This document shows positions 8,874 through 17,678 of a DNA stretch of 44,443 nucleotides, piece by piece (the first letter of the stretch is position 1; every line of letters begins with the position of its first letter). Below the pieces are notes generated by a model. The model worked only from the letters and a program-made list of their open reading frames with translations, was not told the origin of the DNA and did no database searches. Position numbers and translations under genes: made by a program. Source of the DNA: a virus. Where the stretch lies: the UHGV virus genome UHGV-0035288. One strand, 5' to 3'.

Positions 8874-9487
8874 TCGTTCAAGTCCTCGGTTACGATTCCG
8901 GCTGAAATAATAGCGCCGCCGATCTCACGCTCGCCCCATAATACACCAAGCGCCGTGCCTTGCGCTGTTGTATTCACTGGCCCGCCGAACGCGTACGACG
9001 CTTTGTTATCCACGTCCTGCCTTGTCTGCAATCCTTTCGGTTGTGGCGACAGCAATTGCATAACGCCACCCAGCGCCATCGACATCCCGAACGAAAACGT
9101 CGCCGTCCCGATAGCGGCAGCGGTTGCAGCCGAAGCCCCGAAAGCGGCAGTAGCAAGTCCGCCCGTATAGAACGACGCCACTACGATCGCGACACCCGCC
9201 AGCAATTGTCCCAACCCTCTTTTTGCGCCCGTCATAACCGGCGCGATGGTAACTACGCGGTTGCCGTGGAACTCGCCCAGCTCATCATAGCCGGTCATCG
9301 TGTGGTCGCCTTTGCGCACCTTGAACATCATATTGTCCAGGTGGGCCGACATTAGAAAGTCCTGTAAGCCGGGTAACTTCACGCACAGGCCGGTGATACC
9401 CTCGCCCGGAGTGAAGCAGTCCAGCTTATGCACTTTACCGAATCGACGTCCTAAAACGCCGTATAATTTAAATGTGGTCATTGCCAT
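8870..9487 (-). CDS. tail assembly protein I-like
   Basis: 205 aa; C-terminal Gly/Ala-rich hydrophobic stretch and overall pattern as in lambda I; position between K-like and J-like genes. Confidence 0.7.
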   Translation of the reverse strand: MAMTTFKLYGVLGRRFGKVHKLDCFTPGEGITGLCVKLPGLQDFLMSAHLDNMMFKVRKGDHTMTGYDELGEFHGNRVVTIAPVMTGAKRGLGQLLAGVAIVVASFYTGGLATAAFGASAATAAAIGTATFSFGMSMALGGVMQLLSPQPKGLQTRQDVDNKASYAFGGPVNTTAQGTALGVLWGEREIGGAIISAGIVTEDLNE

Positions 9488-10218
9488 TCTGTTATATTCC
9501 CCGGTAGGTCTTTATGACGTACCCATTTAACCACATTGTCCCGGAAAAATCCTGACCGGAAGGGTATCACGCTCGACAGACTGCCGTAGATGTGGTGTAG
9601 TAGTTGGTTGCCCGGAAGGAATATCCCAGCATGGTTAGGCACTGGCGCGCTGATCTGCATGATAACCATCGCCCCCGGCGTATTCTCCTCGCATTCCCTG
9701 AAGCCCGCGCCGTACCAGTTATCCATATACAGATTTTCGCCTGTCTCCCACCAGTTATACGGCACGCGGAAGTCTGGCAGGTTTACGCCCTGCTTTTTGT
9801 GCCATGCCATGACGAGGCCGTAACAGTCAGTAACCCCGAGAACAAATCGGCGGCCTACCAGCGGCGGGTCTTCCGGGTCGATCTCGATAAAGTCGCCATA
9901 TTCGTTAGTGATGGTCCAGACGACGCCACTGCCGTTGCATCCGTTAACGTCTCCCAGTGATGGGGTAAGCTCGCGCTGGCCAGGATGCGAGTGGACTACG
10001 CGCACGACGTCGCCCATATCCTCGGCATCCATCCAGGCCATATCACTAATAGTAAACGCGTCTTTGCGTGAGCGCACGCCGGTCGGGTCTTCGAATACGT
10101 TCTGACATGGTACGAATACTTGCTTGCGACCCACCATGACTACCAACCCACAGGCTTCTTCCGGCAGACATGCCGCAACGTGCGCGGCGATATCGCTTTT
10201 AACCTTTTTCGTTAACAT
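9478..10218 (-). CDS. tail assembly protein K-like (MPN/JAMM plus NlpC/P60-type domains)
   Basis: 246 aa; HSHPGQ (JAMM-like His motif) and Cys-containing C-terminal half; position in L-K-I order. Confidence 0.75.
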   Translation of the reverse strand: MLTKKVKSDIAAHVAACLPEEACGLVVMVGRKQVFVPCQNVFEDPTGVRSRKDAFTISDMAWMDAEDMGDVVRVVHSHPGQRELTPSLGDVNGCNGSGVVWTITNEYGDFIEIDPEDPPLVGRRFVLGVTDCYGLVMAWHKKQGVNLPDFRVPYNWWETGENLYMDNWYGAGFRECEENTPGAMVIMQISAPVPNHAGIFLPGNQLLHHIYGSLSSVIPFRSGFFRDNVVKWVRHKDLPGNITEWQ

Positions 10219-10220
10219 GG

Positions 10221-11009
10221 CTACCCCTTAATTAATCTGGACCCAGGAAAGCCGCCGAAGTCCAGCACCGCCGCTTTCGGGTCCGCAAGCCCTTGCCCAA
10301 ATCGAAGATAACAGTCGGACAAACAGCCGCCGCATCGGTCCATATTCATCGCAATGACTTCATTACCTCGCTCGTCGTAATACTTGATGCCGGGCTTCGC
10401 AAGGTTCCAGGTGCACCCGTCCCCGCTGGCGTACTTCCCGTTGAGCGCCCATTCGCACATATTCATGATTTGGCGACGGGGAACGACCTGCCCTTCCATA
10501 TCCGCAGGCGAGGATAGTGCGAAGGTAATTTGCTTGCCCGGATTGCGCCCGACCTGCGAGTCGATGTAATACTCCTGAACTCGTTTCTGCGTCGGGTCTG
10601 GATCTGTCCCGTTGTCCAGGAACTTCGCGAACGTATCAATGATCTCAACCTTCGCGCCAAGTAGCTGGTCGTGGTTCAGCGACAGCCGGGTTATTATGCC
10701 GCCAATATCGACGATTGTTAGTTGCGGTTCTGCTGCCGTCGATGTGGAGAAGTTAAGGCCAGACAGATCGAAGGGCCAGAATTCGAACTCCTGCCCGCCG
10801 AAGAAGATGGATTTTGGCTTCAGCTTATCCTCGTCACCCCCAGCGGCAGCAATATCCTCGGCAGTGTGCGGAATAAAGCAGTAGTGGAAATAGTGATGGC
10901 CCGCGCCGATCGCACCGTCGCCTGGTTCCACGTCCTGCGCGTCAATGTGAATCAGGCGAACGCGACCCGATGGGTCAAAGCGCGTCGCCTCGCGATAAAG
11001 TTTATTCAT
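10221..11009 (-). CDS. minor tail protein L-like
   Basis: 262 aa; C-terminal Cys cluster (CTWN...CGGCLSDC) as in lambda L; position. Confidence 0.7.
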   Translation of the reverse strand: MNKLYREATRFDPSGRVRLIHIDAQDVEPGDGAIGAGHHYFHYCFIPHTAEDIAAAGGDEDKLKPKSIFFGGQEFEFWPFDLSGLNFSTSTAAEPQLTIVDIGGIITRLSLNHDQLLGAKVEIIDTFAKFLDNGTDPDPTQKRVQEYYIDSQVGRNPGKQITFALSSPADMEGQVVPRRQIMNMCEWALNGKYASGDGCTWNLAKPGIKYYDERGNEVIAMNMDRCGGCLSDCYLRFGQGLADPKAAVLDFGGFPGSRLIKG

Positions 11010-11605
11010 CTTACGAATCCAATAGCAGTCTTAAGGGTGGCGGATACGGTTGCCGTTAGGTGTCCGTTGTCCGTGTACGACAAGCTCGAACGCTCGACCA
11101 CGAATAAACCTGTTTCGCCATCCGGCGCGGTGACGACAAACGGCTTGACGAAGTGCCCGCGAAGGAAGTTGTAAACCAGTTTAGGGTTGCACCACTTGTC
11201 CGTAGTCAGCCCGACGAATTGCACGGGGAACTGTTTCGTTTCGGCGTTCGGGCCGTCCGCGATGTTCTGTCCGTAGCCATTACCAAATTGCAATTCCTCG
11301 GACCGGAAAGCTAACTGCACGTCGCCACCGCCCTGCAATTGCATGTGCCAGTAATAGGGCCATTCGTTTGATCGCGGGTCGTGTGCTTCGATTAGCTCAT
11401 ATGCCGCACCGGATTTCGTCGGACCGGCCCAGTTATCTTTCAGTGTAATGACCGTGTTCGAGTTGAATGCTGCAATTTTGCCGGTGTAGTCGTTGCCGTC
11501 GATGCGGGTGAATACGCGTACCTTCCCGATCTCGCTAAGGAACGCCGTTCCCGCGCCCGTAACGGTCTTACTCCCCTTAGTTAAAGTGATTGTACCTTGT
11601 GACAT
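11006..11605 (-). CDS. minor tail protein (M position)
   Basis: 199 aa between tape measure and L-like gene; N-terminus MSQGTITLTKGSKTVTGAGTAF resembles the fiber N-terminal motif. Confidence 0.55.
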   Translation of the reverse strand: MSQGTITLTKGSKTVTGAGTAFLSEIGKVRVFTRIDGNDYTGKIAAFNSNTVITLKDNWAGPTKSGAAYELIEAHDPRSNEWPYYWHMQLQGGGDVQLAFRSEELQFGNGYGQNIADGPNAETKQFPVQFVGLTTDKWCNPKLVYNFLRGHFVKPFVVTAPDGETGLFVVERSSLSYTDNGHLTATVSATLKTAIGFVR

Positions 11606-11641
11606 AAAAAAGCCCCCACGATGGATGTGAGGGCCATTTTA

Positions 11642-14284
11642 TCATCGTTTGTAAAGTACACCACCCGGTTTCGTCGCCTTCACGATCTCGGCCTTCACCG
11701 CCTCGGTGATTTGCTTGCCGAACGCCTGCGCGGTACGGGGGTCTGGCCCGCTGACACTGGTATCCGTTTTACCCGCCCCCGTGTAAACGTTAGTCGTCAC
11801 GACCATACCACCGCCTGCGCCCGACGCGGCAACGCCCAATTTCCCGTCCGGCCCGCGCTTCAATGGCATGATGGCCTCGGGTCCGGCCTCCCCCATCAAT
11901 CCAGCGCCTTTAGCGAACGCCTGGACGCCATAACTGAAAAAGGTGGGCTGGCTTACCACTTTCCCCGAATAGGCCGCGAGATTGCCGCCTGTGTACGCTC
12001 CGCCGTCCGCATTCTTAGTGAGGCCAGAGAAGATAGCGCCGAACAATCCGTTTTTGCCGCCGTCGCCACCGAAAGCGCTAACGATGGACTTGAACGCCTG
12101 CGAGGTAGCCAGCTTGATTAGTTCGCTCAGGATGGATTTAACCATATCCTTTGCGTTCAGCTTGCCAGTCTCGAAAAACTCGTTCATCGTGTCTTGCATA
12201 GCGCTGAATGTGAATTTCGTGAGCGACGCCATCTGCGTATATCCGTTACCCATTTCATCCACGCTATCTTTAAGACCGCGGCTGAAGCCATCCCATAGCG
12301 AGGCGTTAGCGCCGGTCTGCGCCTCCTGCACTTCGCGCAACTTAGACACCGCCTTGTCGATATCGGTATCGCTAGCGCCAACCCGTTTCAGGCGATCAAT
12401 TAGCTGCAATTCTTCACGTAGGTTTGCCGCTTCGCGAGTGGAAAGCGCATACCCAGCGGCGGTGGCTTTTAGTTCGGCGTTCTGGTTCTTAACGAAGGCA
12501 TCGATCTGCGCGTGCGCCTTAACCTGCTTCTCTTTCGCGTCCAGCAATTTGGCTTCTTCGACGATCTGCTCGCGCACTTCCTTCACGCGTCCGAATTCGA
12601 CCATCTGCTGCTTTTCTGCTGCCGTTAGCGCTCTTTCTTTGCTCGCAGCGATTAACTGCTCATTGTCGGCGATCAGCTTGTTTAAGGCCGCTTGAGCGCG
12701 TTGCGTGCGGGTCTGCGTAGATGCGTTGGCTTCGATCTGCTTGCCGGATTCTCGAAGCTGGGCCAGTTCGCTCCGTGCGACTTCCAGCATTTTCATACCG
12801 GCATCCACGCGAACAGCCGCGGCCTTCTTCGGGGCGGGGTCTTTGTAGCGCTCGTTGACCTGCTTAACCGCCTCGGCTAGTTCTTTCTCATCAATAACGC
12901 CGCGCTTATTCAGCAAATTGAGGCGGGCGATCTCGTCGGCGCGCTTCTTAGCGTTGGTGGCGTATTCCTTCTCGAACGCGGCGCGGTCACGGGCAGTGCG
13001 GTTGGCCTCCTCGTTCGCCTTTGCGGATTCGTCTGCGGCGCGGGCGTTGTCTCGCTCCGCACGGTTACGCAGGGTGAGCGACGCCACCACTTTTTCCTGG
13101 GCGACCAGTTCGCTGTAAAGCATGTTAATACGTGCTTTCTGCGCTTCAGTCATTACCCCACCGGCAGCGTTTACCGCTTTCATCTCGGCATAATAAGCCG
13201 TGGTCATGCGCTGCAATGACTCACGCGCTTTCATCTCGGACTCATTGGAGGACTGCGCGCGGCCCACGTCCAGGATTGCATCCCACATAGATTTAGCTGC
13301 CGATGTGACGACGTTCATCGACCGCTCAAGCGTACCCATGTTGGACTTGATTTCATTGGTCATGCTGGTGAACGACGCAGCGGCTGTTTTGTTAGCCAAC
13401 GCAACTGCGTCTGTCTCACGACCCGCATCAACGAGCGACTGTACCTGCTGGATCTGCGCTTCGTTTACGACGTGATACTTATCCGCCAGCGCACGCAGTC
13501 CGCCAACGGGGTCGGTTGACAGCTTTGCCACAGCCGCTACCACATCCTCGATCGGCTGGCTGGACACCTTCGCGAAGTCATTCACTACCTTAGCCAATGC
13601 GCCGAAGTCACCACCCGCTTTCACACCTGCCGCCGCCAGCGCCTGGATTGTGTCACGCGTCTTGCGAAAGGACCCGCCCATGCGCTCGGCGTTCTCGGAC
13701 AGCACCAGGATCTGGTTAGCGGTGAGGCCGGAGATATTACCAGACAGCGCCAGCGTCTTGTTAAGCGCTGCCACCTGGTTCTCTGCTCGGGACGTAATTG
13801 CCACGCCCACGCCTAAAGTCGCCGTTACAGCGGTGAGGCCGATCCCTACGGGGCCGAGGAAGCCCGCAACATACCGAAGCGTGTTACCCAGTCCGCCAAA
13901 TGCGCCGGTTAGCTGTGGTAACTGCTGAAGCATGACGCGGTGCACCGGCATACCCATCTCAAGCGTAACCGCGATATCCTGTAACTGGAATGCGGCGTTA
14001 CGCGAGGCAAAGCCCAAGTTTTTTGTCGACATGCCTAATCGGCTGGCGAGTCGCTCCTGTTTCGTCATGCCGTCGGCGGCGCGCTGCGATTCAGTCGCTA
14101 ACTTTTCCATTCCGCCCGCGGCGTCGCCAGTAACCTTTTTCGACTTGCCGAGGGTGTCGTTTAATTTCTTTACTTTCTGTTCTGTGTTCTCGGATTTCTG
14201 CGCAAATGTGTCCAGCACAGTATTAGCCGTTTTAATTTGCGCGACGTCCGCCTTTAGCGTGATGCCCGCTGCCTGATCTGCCAT
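11642..14284 (-). CDS. tail tape measure protein
   Basis: 880-aa Ala/Lys/Glu-rich coiled-coil ORF with Gly-rich C-terminal region; ATG at 14284; lies between the GT position and the tip genes. Confidence 0.85.
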   Translation of the reverse strand: MADQAAGITLKADVAQIKTANTVLDTFAQKSENTEQKVKKLNDTLGKSKKVTGDAAGGMEKLATESQRAADGMTKQERLASRLGMSTKNLGFASRNAAFQLQDIAVTLEMGMPVHRVMLQQLPQLTGAFGGLGNTLRYVAGFLGPVGIGLTAVTATLGVGVAITSRAENQVAALNKTLALSGNISGLTANQILVLSENAERMGGSFRKTRDTIQALAAAGVKAGGDFGALAKVVNDFAKVSSQPIEDVVAAVAKLSTDPVGGLRALADKYHVVNEAQIQQVQSLVDAGRETDAVALANKTAAASFTSMTNEIKSNMGTLERSMNVVTSAAKSMWDAILDVGRAQSSNESEMKARESLQRMTTAYYAEMKAVNAAGGVMTEAQKARINMLYSELVAQEKVVASLTLRNRAERDNARAADESAKANEEANRTARDRAAFEKEYATNAKKRADEIARLNLLNKRGVIDEKELAEAVKQVNERYKDPAPKKAAAVRVDAGMKMLEVARSELAQLRESGKQIEANASTQTRTQRAQAALNKLIADNEQLIAASKERALTAAEKQQMVEFGRVKEVREQIVEEAKLLDAKEKQVKAHAQIDAFVKNQNAELKATAAGYALSTREAANLREELQLIDRLKRVGASDTDIDKAVSKLREVQEAQTGANASLWDGFSRGLKDSVDEMGNGYTQMASLTKFTFSAMQDTMNEFFETGKLNAKDMVKSILSELIKLATSQAFKSIVSAFGGDGGKNGLFGAIFSGLTKNADGGAYTGGNLAAYSGKVVSQPTFFSYGVQAFAKGAGLMGEAGPEAIMPLKRGPDGKLGVAASGAGGGMVVTTNVYTGAGKTDTSVSGPDPRTAQAFGKQITEAVKAEIVKATKPGGVLYKR

Positions 14285-14349
14285 TATGCAGTCCCCCTTT
14301 TTATGCAGTTGCCGTCGGTCATTGTATCAGCGAATTTAAAACAAACCTT

Positions 14350-14664
14350 ATTCAGTCTCAGACGAGGGGGGCCATTGACCCCCGTCTAGTCTGAAAGACT
14401 GGGGTGCTGTCCCGCTGTCCCGATCGGCTAAAACCCGCGGCAGCACTGGAGGGGACGGGGTGCTGTCCCGATCTGTCCCGCCTCATTCTGTCCCGCTTTT
14501 TGTCCCGCTTACTTTATGCACTAAAACTGCATAGACATTCACATTTTGGGGGTGGGACAGATCGGGACAGCACCCCTGTCCCGCTTTTAATCTATGCAAT
14601 GTAAGTGGGTAAATATGCAGTTTTAGAGGTGCGGGACAAAACGGGACGTCCCGCCTGTCCCGCT
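14350..14664. repeat. iteron-rich element, copy 1 (hairpin plus at least 13 GTCCCG-core repeats in both orientations)
   Basis: TGTCCCG(C/A) at 14408, 14416, 14464, 14474, 14489, 14501, 14577, 14656; GTCCCGC at 14648; inverted GGGACA/CGGGACA at 14554, 14563, 14632, 14642. Conserved hairpin CAGTCTCAGACGAGGGGGG...CCCCCGTCTAGTCTGAAAGACTGG at 14353-14402. About 70% of this block is repeated at 31188-31366. Confidence 0.8.
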
Positions 14665-14667
14665 TCG

Positions 14668-15344
14668 TTATGCGGGGTTCTGCCGCGCCATTTCATCCAG
14701 CGCAACGCGTTCCATTAGCTTGATATCTTTAAACGCACGTTGCGCGTTTTCGATGCCGTGCATCTTAAATAGCCATTCCAGTACGCCGTAGTCGATGCCG
14801 TATGCGCCGCCGAATCCGGTACGCCATTGCGTGGCGCAATCGGTGAAGACTGCGACTATCTTCGCATTGTCGGGCCATATCGCAACAGGCGGACAAACAT
14901 CTTCGGGGGCCGCACCCCATAAACTTGCGGCTAAATCTTCGGAGGGTGGCGGCGGGCCATAAAAGCGTCGCGCCGCCTCAATTAGTTTTTTTCACGCAGT
15001 CCCATCAGTTCGAGATAGTACGAAGTGTGGAACACGCCGAACGCGCGCGGATAGTTGACCACCAGGCGGCGGACGTTCTCCGCGTTAAATTCGTCCGGCA
15101 GATTCCAGCCTTCTGCGACGTGCATGATGGCCTCGACCATAACGTTAAAGCCTTCCGGGTCGTTGTCGTCGTATTCCGACAGCTTGCGCTCCGTGTCCTG
15201 CATGGTCTGCGAAAATTCGTCGATCGGACGGTGGCGCACGGTAAACGTCATTTTGCCCGGTTCGTTTTCGCCTGGGCGCGGGATCTCAATCGGCAGCTTA
15301 AAAGTAGGCTTAGGGTCAAGTGTAAAGAGTGGTGCTTTAGCCAT
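14668..15344 (-). CDS. tail assembly chaperone GT-like fusion made by programmed -1 ribosomal frameshift
   Basis: Slippery heptamer A_AAA_AAC (minus strand, 14991-14985) at the last codons of G; the -1 frame then stays open for 105 codons (LIEAARRFYGPPPPSEDL...DEMARQNPA) to TAA at 14668-14670. Confidence 0.6.
14982..15344 (-). CDS. tail assembly chaperone G-like
   Basis: Track ORF begins at TTG 15359; ATG at 15344 has GGAGA SD. 120 aa ending ...GLREKN; immediately downstream of major tail gene. Confidence 0.7.
   Translation of the reverse strand: MAKAPLFTLDPKPTFKLPIEIPRPGENEPGKMTFTVRHRPIDEFSQTMQDTERKLSEYDDNDPEGFNVMVEAIMHVAEGWNLPDEFNAENVRRLVVNYPRAFGVFHTSYYLELMGLREKN
14985..14991 (-). other. 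-1 frameshift slippery site A_AAA_AAC
   Basis: Plus strand GTTTTTT at 14985-14991, in frame X_XXY_YYZ relative to G. Confidence 0.6.
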
Positions 15345-15360
15345 TGTAGTATTCTCCAAT

Positions 15361-15383
15361 AAAAAAGGGGCCGTGCTGGCCCC
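15361..15383 (-). terminator. rho-independent terminator after major tail protein gene
   Basis: GGGGCC-GTGCT-GGCCCC hairpin with T6 on minus strand, directly upstream of G RBS. Confidence 0.6.
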
Positions 15384-15413
15384 ATATTAACACCCGCTAT
15401 TTAAGCGACCAAA

Positions 15414-16139
15414 TTACGACAGCGCCTCAACCAAGTCCTTACGGTAAATAACCATATCGGATTGCATGGTCAGAGTGGACTCCACCGTCTCCACGTTGTT
15501 TACTTCAGCCGACGGAATCTTCTGGAAAGACACCTTAGCCGGGTAAATGCGGATCTCACCTTTGCCGCTTGCCGCTGCCGGGTTAGTGAACTTAATCACA
15601 GTGGTTTTCTGTGTGTCGTCCAGGTCTTCCAGAATCGGGCGGATCGGGTCTTCTTCGTCGTGGGTGAAAGTGTAGGTCTGGACCAACGGGTTTTTCGTGG
15701 TATTCAGACTGATCGCAGTATTCACCTGCAACGGCTGGAAGGTAGTAGTCTGCTGGTCGCCACCAGACACGGCGACGTTAGTGATAAACGGGAAGTCGAT
15801 AAAGCTCGACACCTTCACCACCTCGCCTGGTGTGCCTACGCCGAAAGCACCGGTAGGATATTTGGTAACGTCCGAGGTGTCGAAGCGCGCCAGTGTAACG
15901 TCGTTAGTCGCCACTTTACCCACGATAAACGCGCGGTTCAGCGCACGGACCCACGGGGCTTTAGTGAACATAACCACGTCACCAACTTGCAGGCCATGAG
16001 AAGCCGCGCAGGTGATAACGCACCCTTTCGTAAGATCAGAGATCGACGCGGCGGCGTTGGTAGCTGCCGTAACAGCGATGCCGTTGCCCAGTACGGACCC
16101 AATCTGGACGCTGGACCCGTTAGGAAGTTGATAACCCAT
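15414..16139 (-). CDS. major tail protein
   Basis: 241 aa; ATG at 16139 with AGGAG SD; upstream of G/GT and followed by a terminator, as expected for the most abundant tail subunit. Confidence 0.7.
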   Translation of the reverse strand: MGYQLPNGSSVQIGSVLGNGIAVTAATNAAASISDLTKGCVITCAASHGLQVGDVVMFTKAPWVRALNRAFIVGKVATNDVTLARFDTSDVTKYPTGAFGVGTPGEVVKVSSFIDFPFITNVAVSGGDQQTTTFQPLQVNTAISLNTTKNPLVQTYTFTHDEEDPIRPILEDLDDTQKTTVIKFTNPAAASGKGEIRIYPAKVSFQKIPSAEVNNVETVESTLTMQSDMVIYRKDLVEALS

Positions 16140-16200
16140 AATGAACGCTCCTGTTTAGATATACGGTTTAATGATACAGCACGCGCAGAATAGCGCCAAA

Positions 16201-16623
16201 TCAGGCGCAACAGGTGTAGGGGACTGTAACCACGATGCGGGCGCGATCAACGTCCTCAACCACTGAACTGGTGTATGGCGCGTCCTGAAGCTGGAATACA
16301 GCGCCGGAAATCTTTACCGCCAGCCACTTATCCGACGTAGCGATGGCGTCCGCCAGTTCGCTCGCGTACTGTGTGCCAGTACCCGCGGGAAACACAACGG
16401 CAACCTGATAAACGCCTGCATATATTCTCCCCTTTTGCTGGAGGCCCACAAACTGGGTCGGGGCCGGTAGCAGGTACGGCTCCAGGTAAACACCACTCCC
16501 GATTGCGTGGTCCCCTTGCACGTTCTCCCAGTTAACCCGGATCGGACGCGGGCTTGTGCTCAGGCTCGCCGATAACTCTTCTACCACGCTGTTAAGCGCT
16601 TTGCGGATTGCGGTATTGCTCAT
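16201..16623 (-). CDS. tail terminator / tail completion protein
   Basis: 140 aa; ATG at 16623; between neck proteins and major tail gene. Confidence 0.5.
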   Translation of the reverse strand: MSNTAIRKALNSVVEELSASLSTSPRPIRVNWENVQGDHAIGSGVYLEPYLLPAPTQFVGLQQKGRIYAGVYQVAVVFPAGTGTQYASELADAIATSDKWLAVKISGAVFQLQDAPYTSSVVEDVDRARIVVTVPYTCCA

Positions 16624-17216
16624 TATTTCACCTTCGAATTAATTTCTGCCGCTACGACGCGAACAATCCCCGCTGGCGCTTGTTTACTCCAGCCATACTC
16701 AAGTCGCTGCGCGTATGGCACGTTGTTAGTAAACCAGATCGACCCGTATTCACTCGAATCATAGTGCGCCAACACTTCACGCCCAGCGGCTAATGTTGCC
16801 GTTCCAGCCTTGTCCACGCGATCAATAGCGCCAACAGCCGGGCGGTCGAACGTCACCTGCCAGTTTCCCCGGAAGCGTCCGCCGGTGTAATTCTTCGCAG
16901 CCCAGCCACGCTGGCGGAACGTGACGTTGCCGTTTTTAGTCTTGAATGATACCAGCACGCTGGCGTGCTTTTTCTGCCCGCGCTTCAGTTTGCCACCATT
17001 CTTGCGACGCTGCGCGGCGTTCACCTTGTTCGCGTGCTGGCGGGCCAGCGCGTAAGCCCTGTTAATTTTCCACCGGCGAGGGTCGCCCACCGGGGAGATC
17101 TCAATAAGGCGTCCGAGTATTTGCATCCCGTACGCCCGCACCGCCTTATCGTTGTTCTCCTTCGTCTTATCCACCCACGTAGCAATAGTGGCGGCGAATG
17201 AGTAGACTTCAGCCAC
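16623..17216 (-). CDS. neck protein (HK97 gp10-like tail attachment)
   Basis: 197 aa; start is GTG at 17216 with AAGGGG SD; position between head-tail adaptor and tail terminator. Confidence 0.5.
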   Translation of the reverse strand: MAEVYSFAATIATWVDKTKENNDKAVRAYGMQILGRLIEISPVGDPRRWKINRAYALARQHANKVNAAQRRKNGGKLKRGQKKHASVLVSFKTKNGNVTFRQRGWAAKNYTGGRFRGNWQVTFDRPAVGAIDRVDKAGTATLAAGREVLAHYDSSEYGSIWFTNNVPYAQRLEYGWSKQAPAGIVRVVAAEINSKVK

Positions 17217-17217
17217 G

Positions 17218-17571
17218 TTAGCCCCTTAGCTGTAGTTGAAACAGCATGGTCGTCCCCGCCGGTTGCAGTGGGTTAGGGTTAACGACCCGGTAGTCAGTGC
17301 CGTTCAGGTTAACAAGGTCGCCCACCCGCAATTGCTCAACTGCCCGACATAAAAACTTCACATCACCGGCAACGATACGCGTTCCGTCGATCTCGCTAGG
17401 CTTGTACTCCTCGCGAAGACCGATGACGTCGAACGACGTTGGCGGGACCACCACTTCGTCGCCGTCTACGCGATTAACCGATCCCGGACGCGTAACCGTA
17501 ACGGTCATGCCGAATTTTTTAATCAGCGGATTCACTTTCCGCTTTAATCCCGCGTAATTAAAGCCCGCCAT
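17218..17571 (-). CDS. head-tail adaptor / head closure protein
   Basis: 117 aa; ATG 17571 with GAGAG SD; position. Confidence 0.5.
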   Translation of the reverse strand: MAGFNYAGLKRKVNPLIKKFGMTVTVTRPGSVNRVDGDEVVVPPTSFDVIGLREEYKPSEIDGTRIVAGDVKFLCRAVEQLRVGDLVNLNGTDYRVVNPNPLQPAGTTMLFQLQLRG

Positions 17572-17677
17572 CTTCTTCGCTCTCCTGTGCCGGTGGTACT
17601 GGTTCTGGCTCCGGTTCTTGTTCCGTCGGCTGTTTAGTATATGCGGCGAGAATAGCCGCCAGTAATGCAGGATTCAT
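17558..17677 (-). CDS. possible small Pro/Glu-rich ORF (39 aa)
   Basis: ATG at 17677 preceded by GGGGGTGA; MNPALLAAILAAYTKQPTEQEPEPEPVPPAQESEEDGGL; stop overlaps next gene start. Fills a 107-nt gap otherwise non-coding. Confidence 0.25.
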   Translation of the reverse strand: MNPALLAAILAAYTKQPTEQEPEPEPVPPAQESEEDGGL

Positions 17678-17678
17678 A

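Noticed and set aside
14350-14664. Short direct repeats considered as a CRISPR array
   Set aside because: Repeat unit is only 7-8 bp, occurs in both orientations with irregular spacing, has no unique spacers of uniform length and no cas genes nearby; an iteron or binding-site array fits better.
14284-14664. TTATGCA boxes as DnaA boxes
   Set aside because: They match the relaxed 9-mer TTATNCACA at only 7-8 of 9 positions and also occur in the second iteron copy; kept as part of the iteron finding but not called as DnaA sites.
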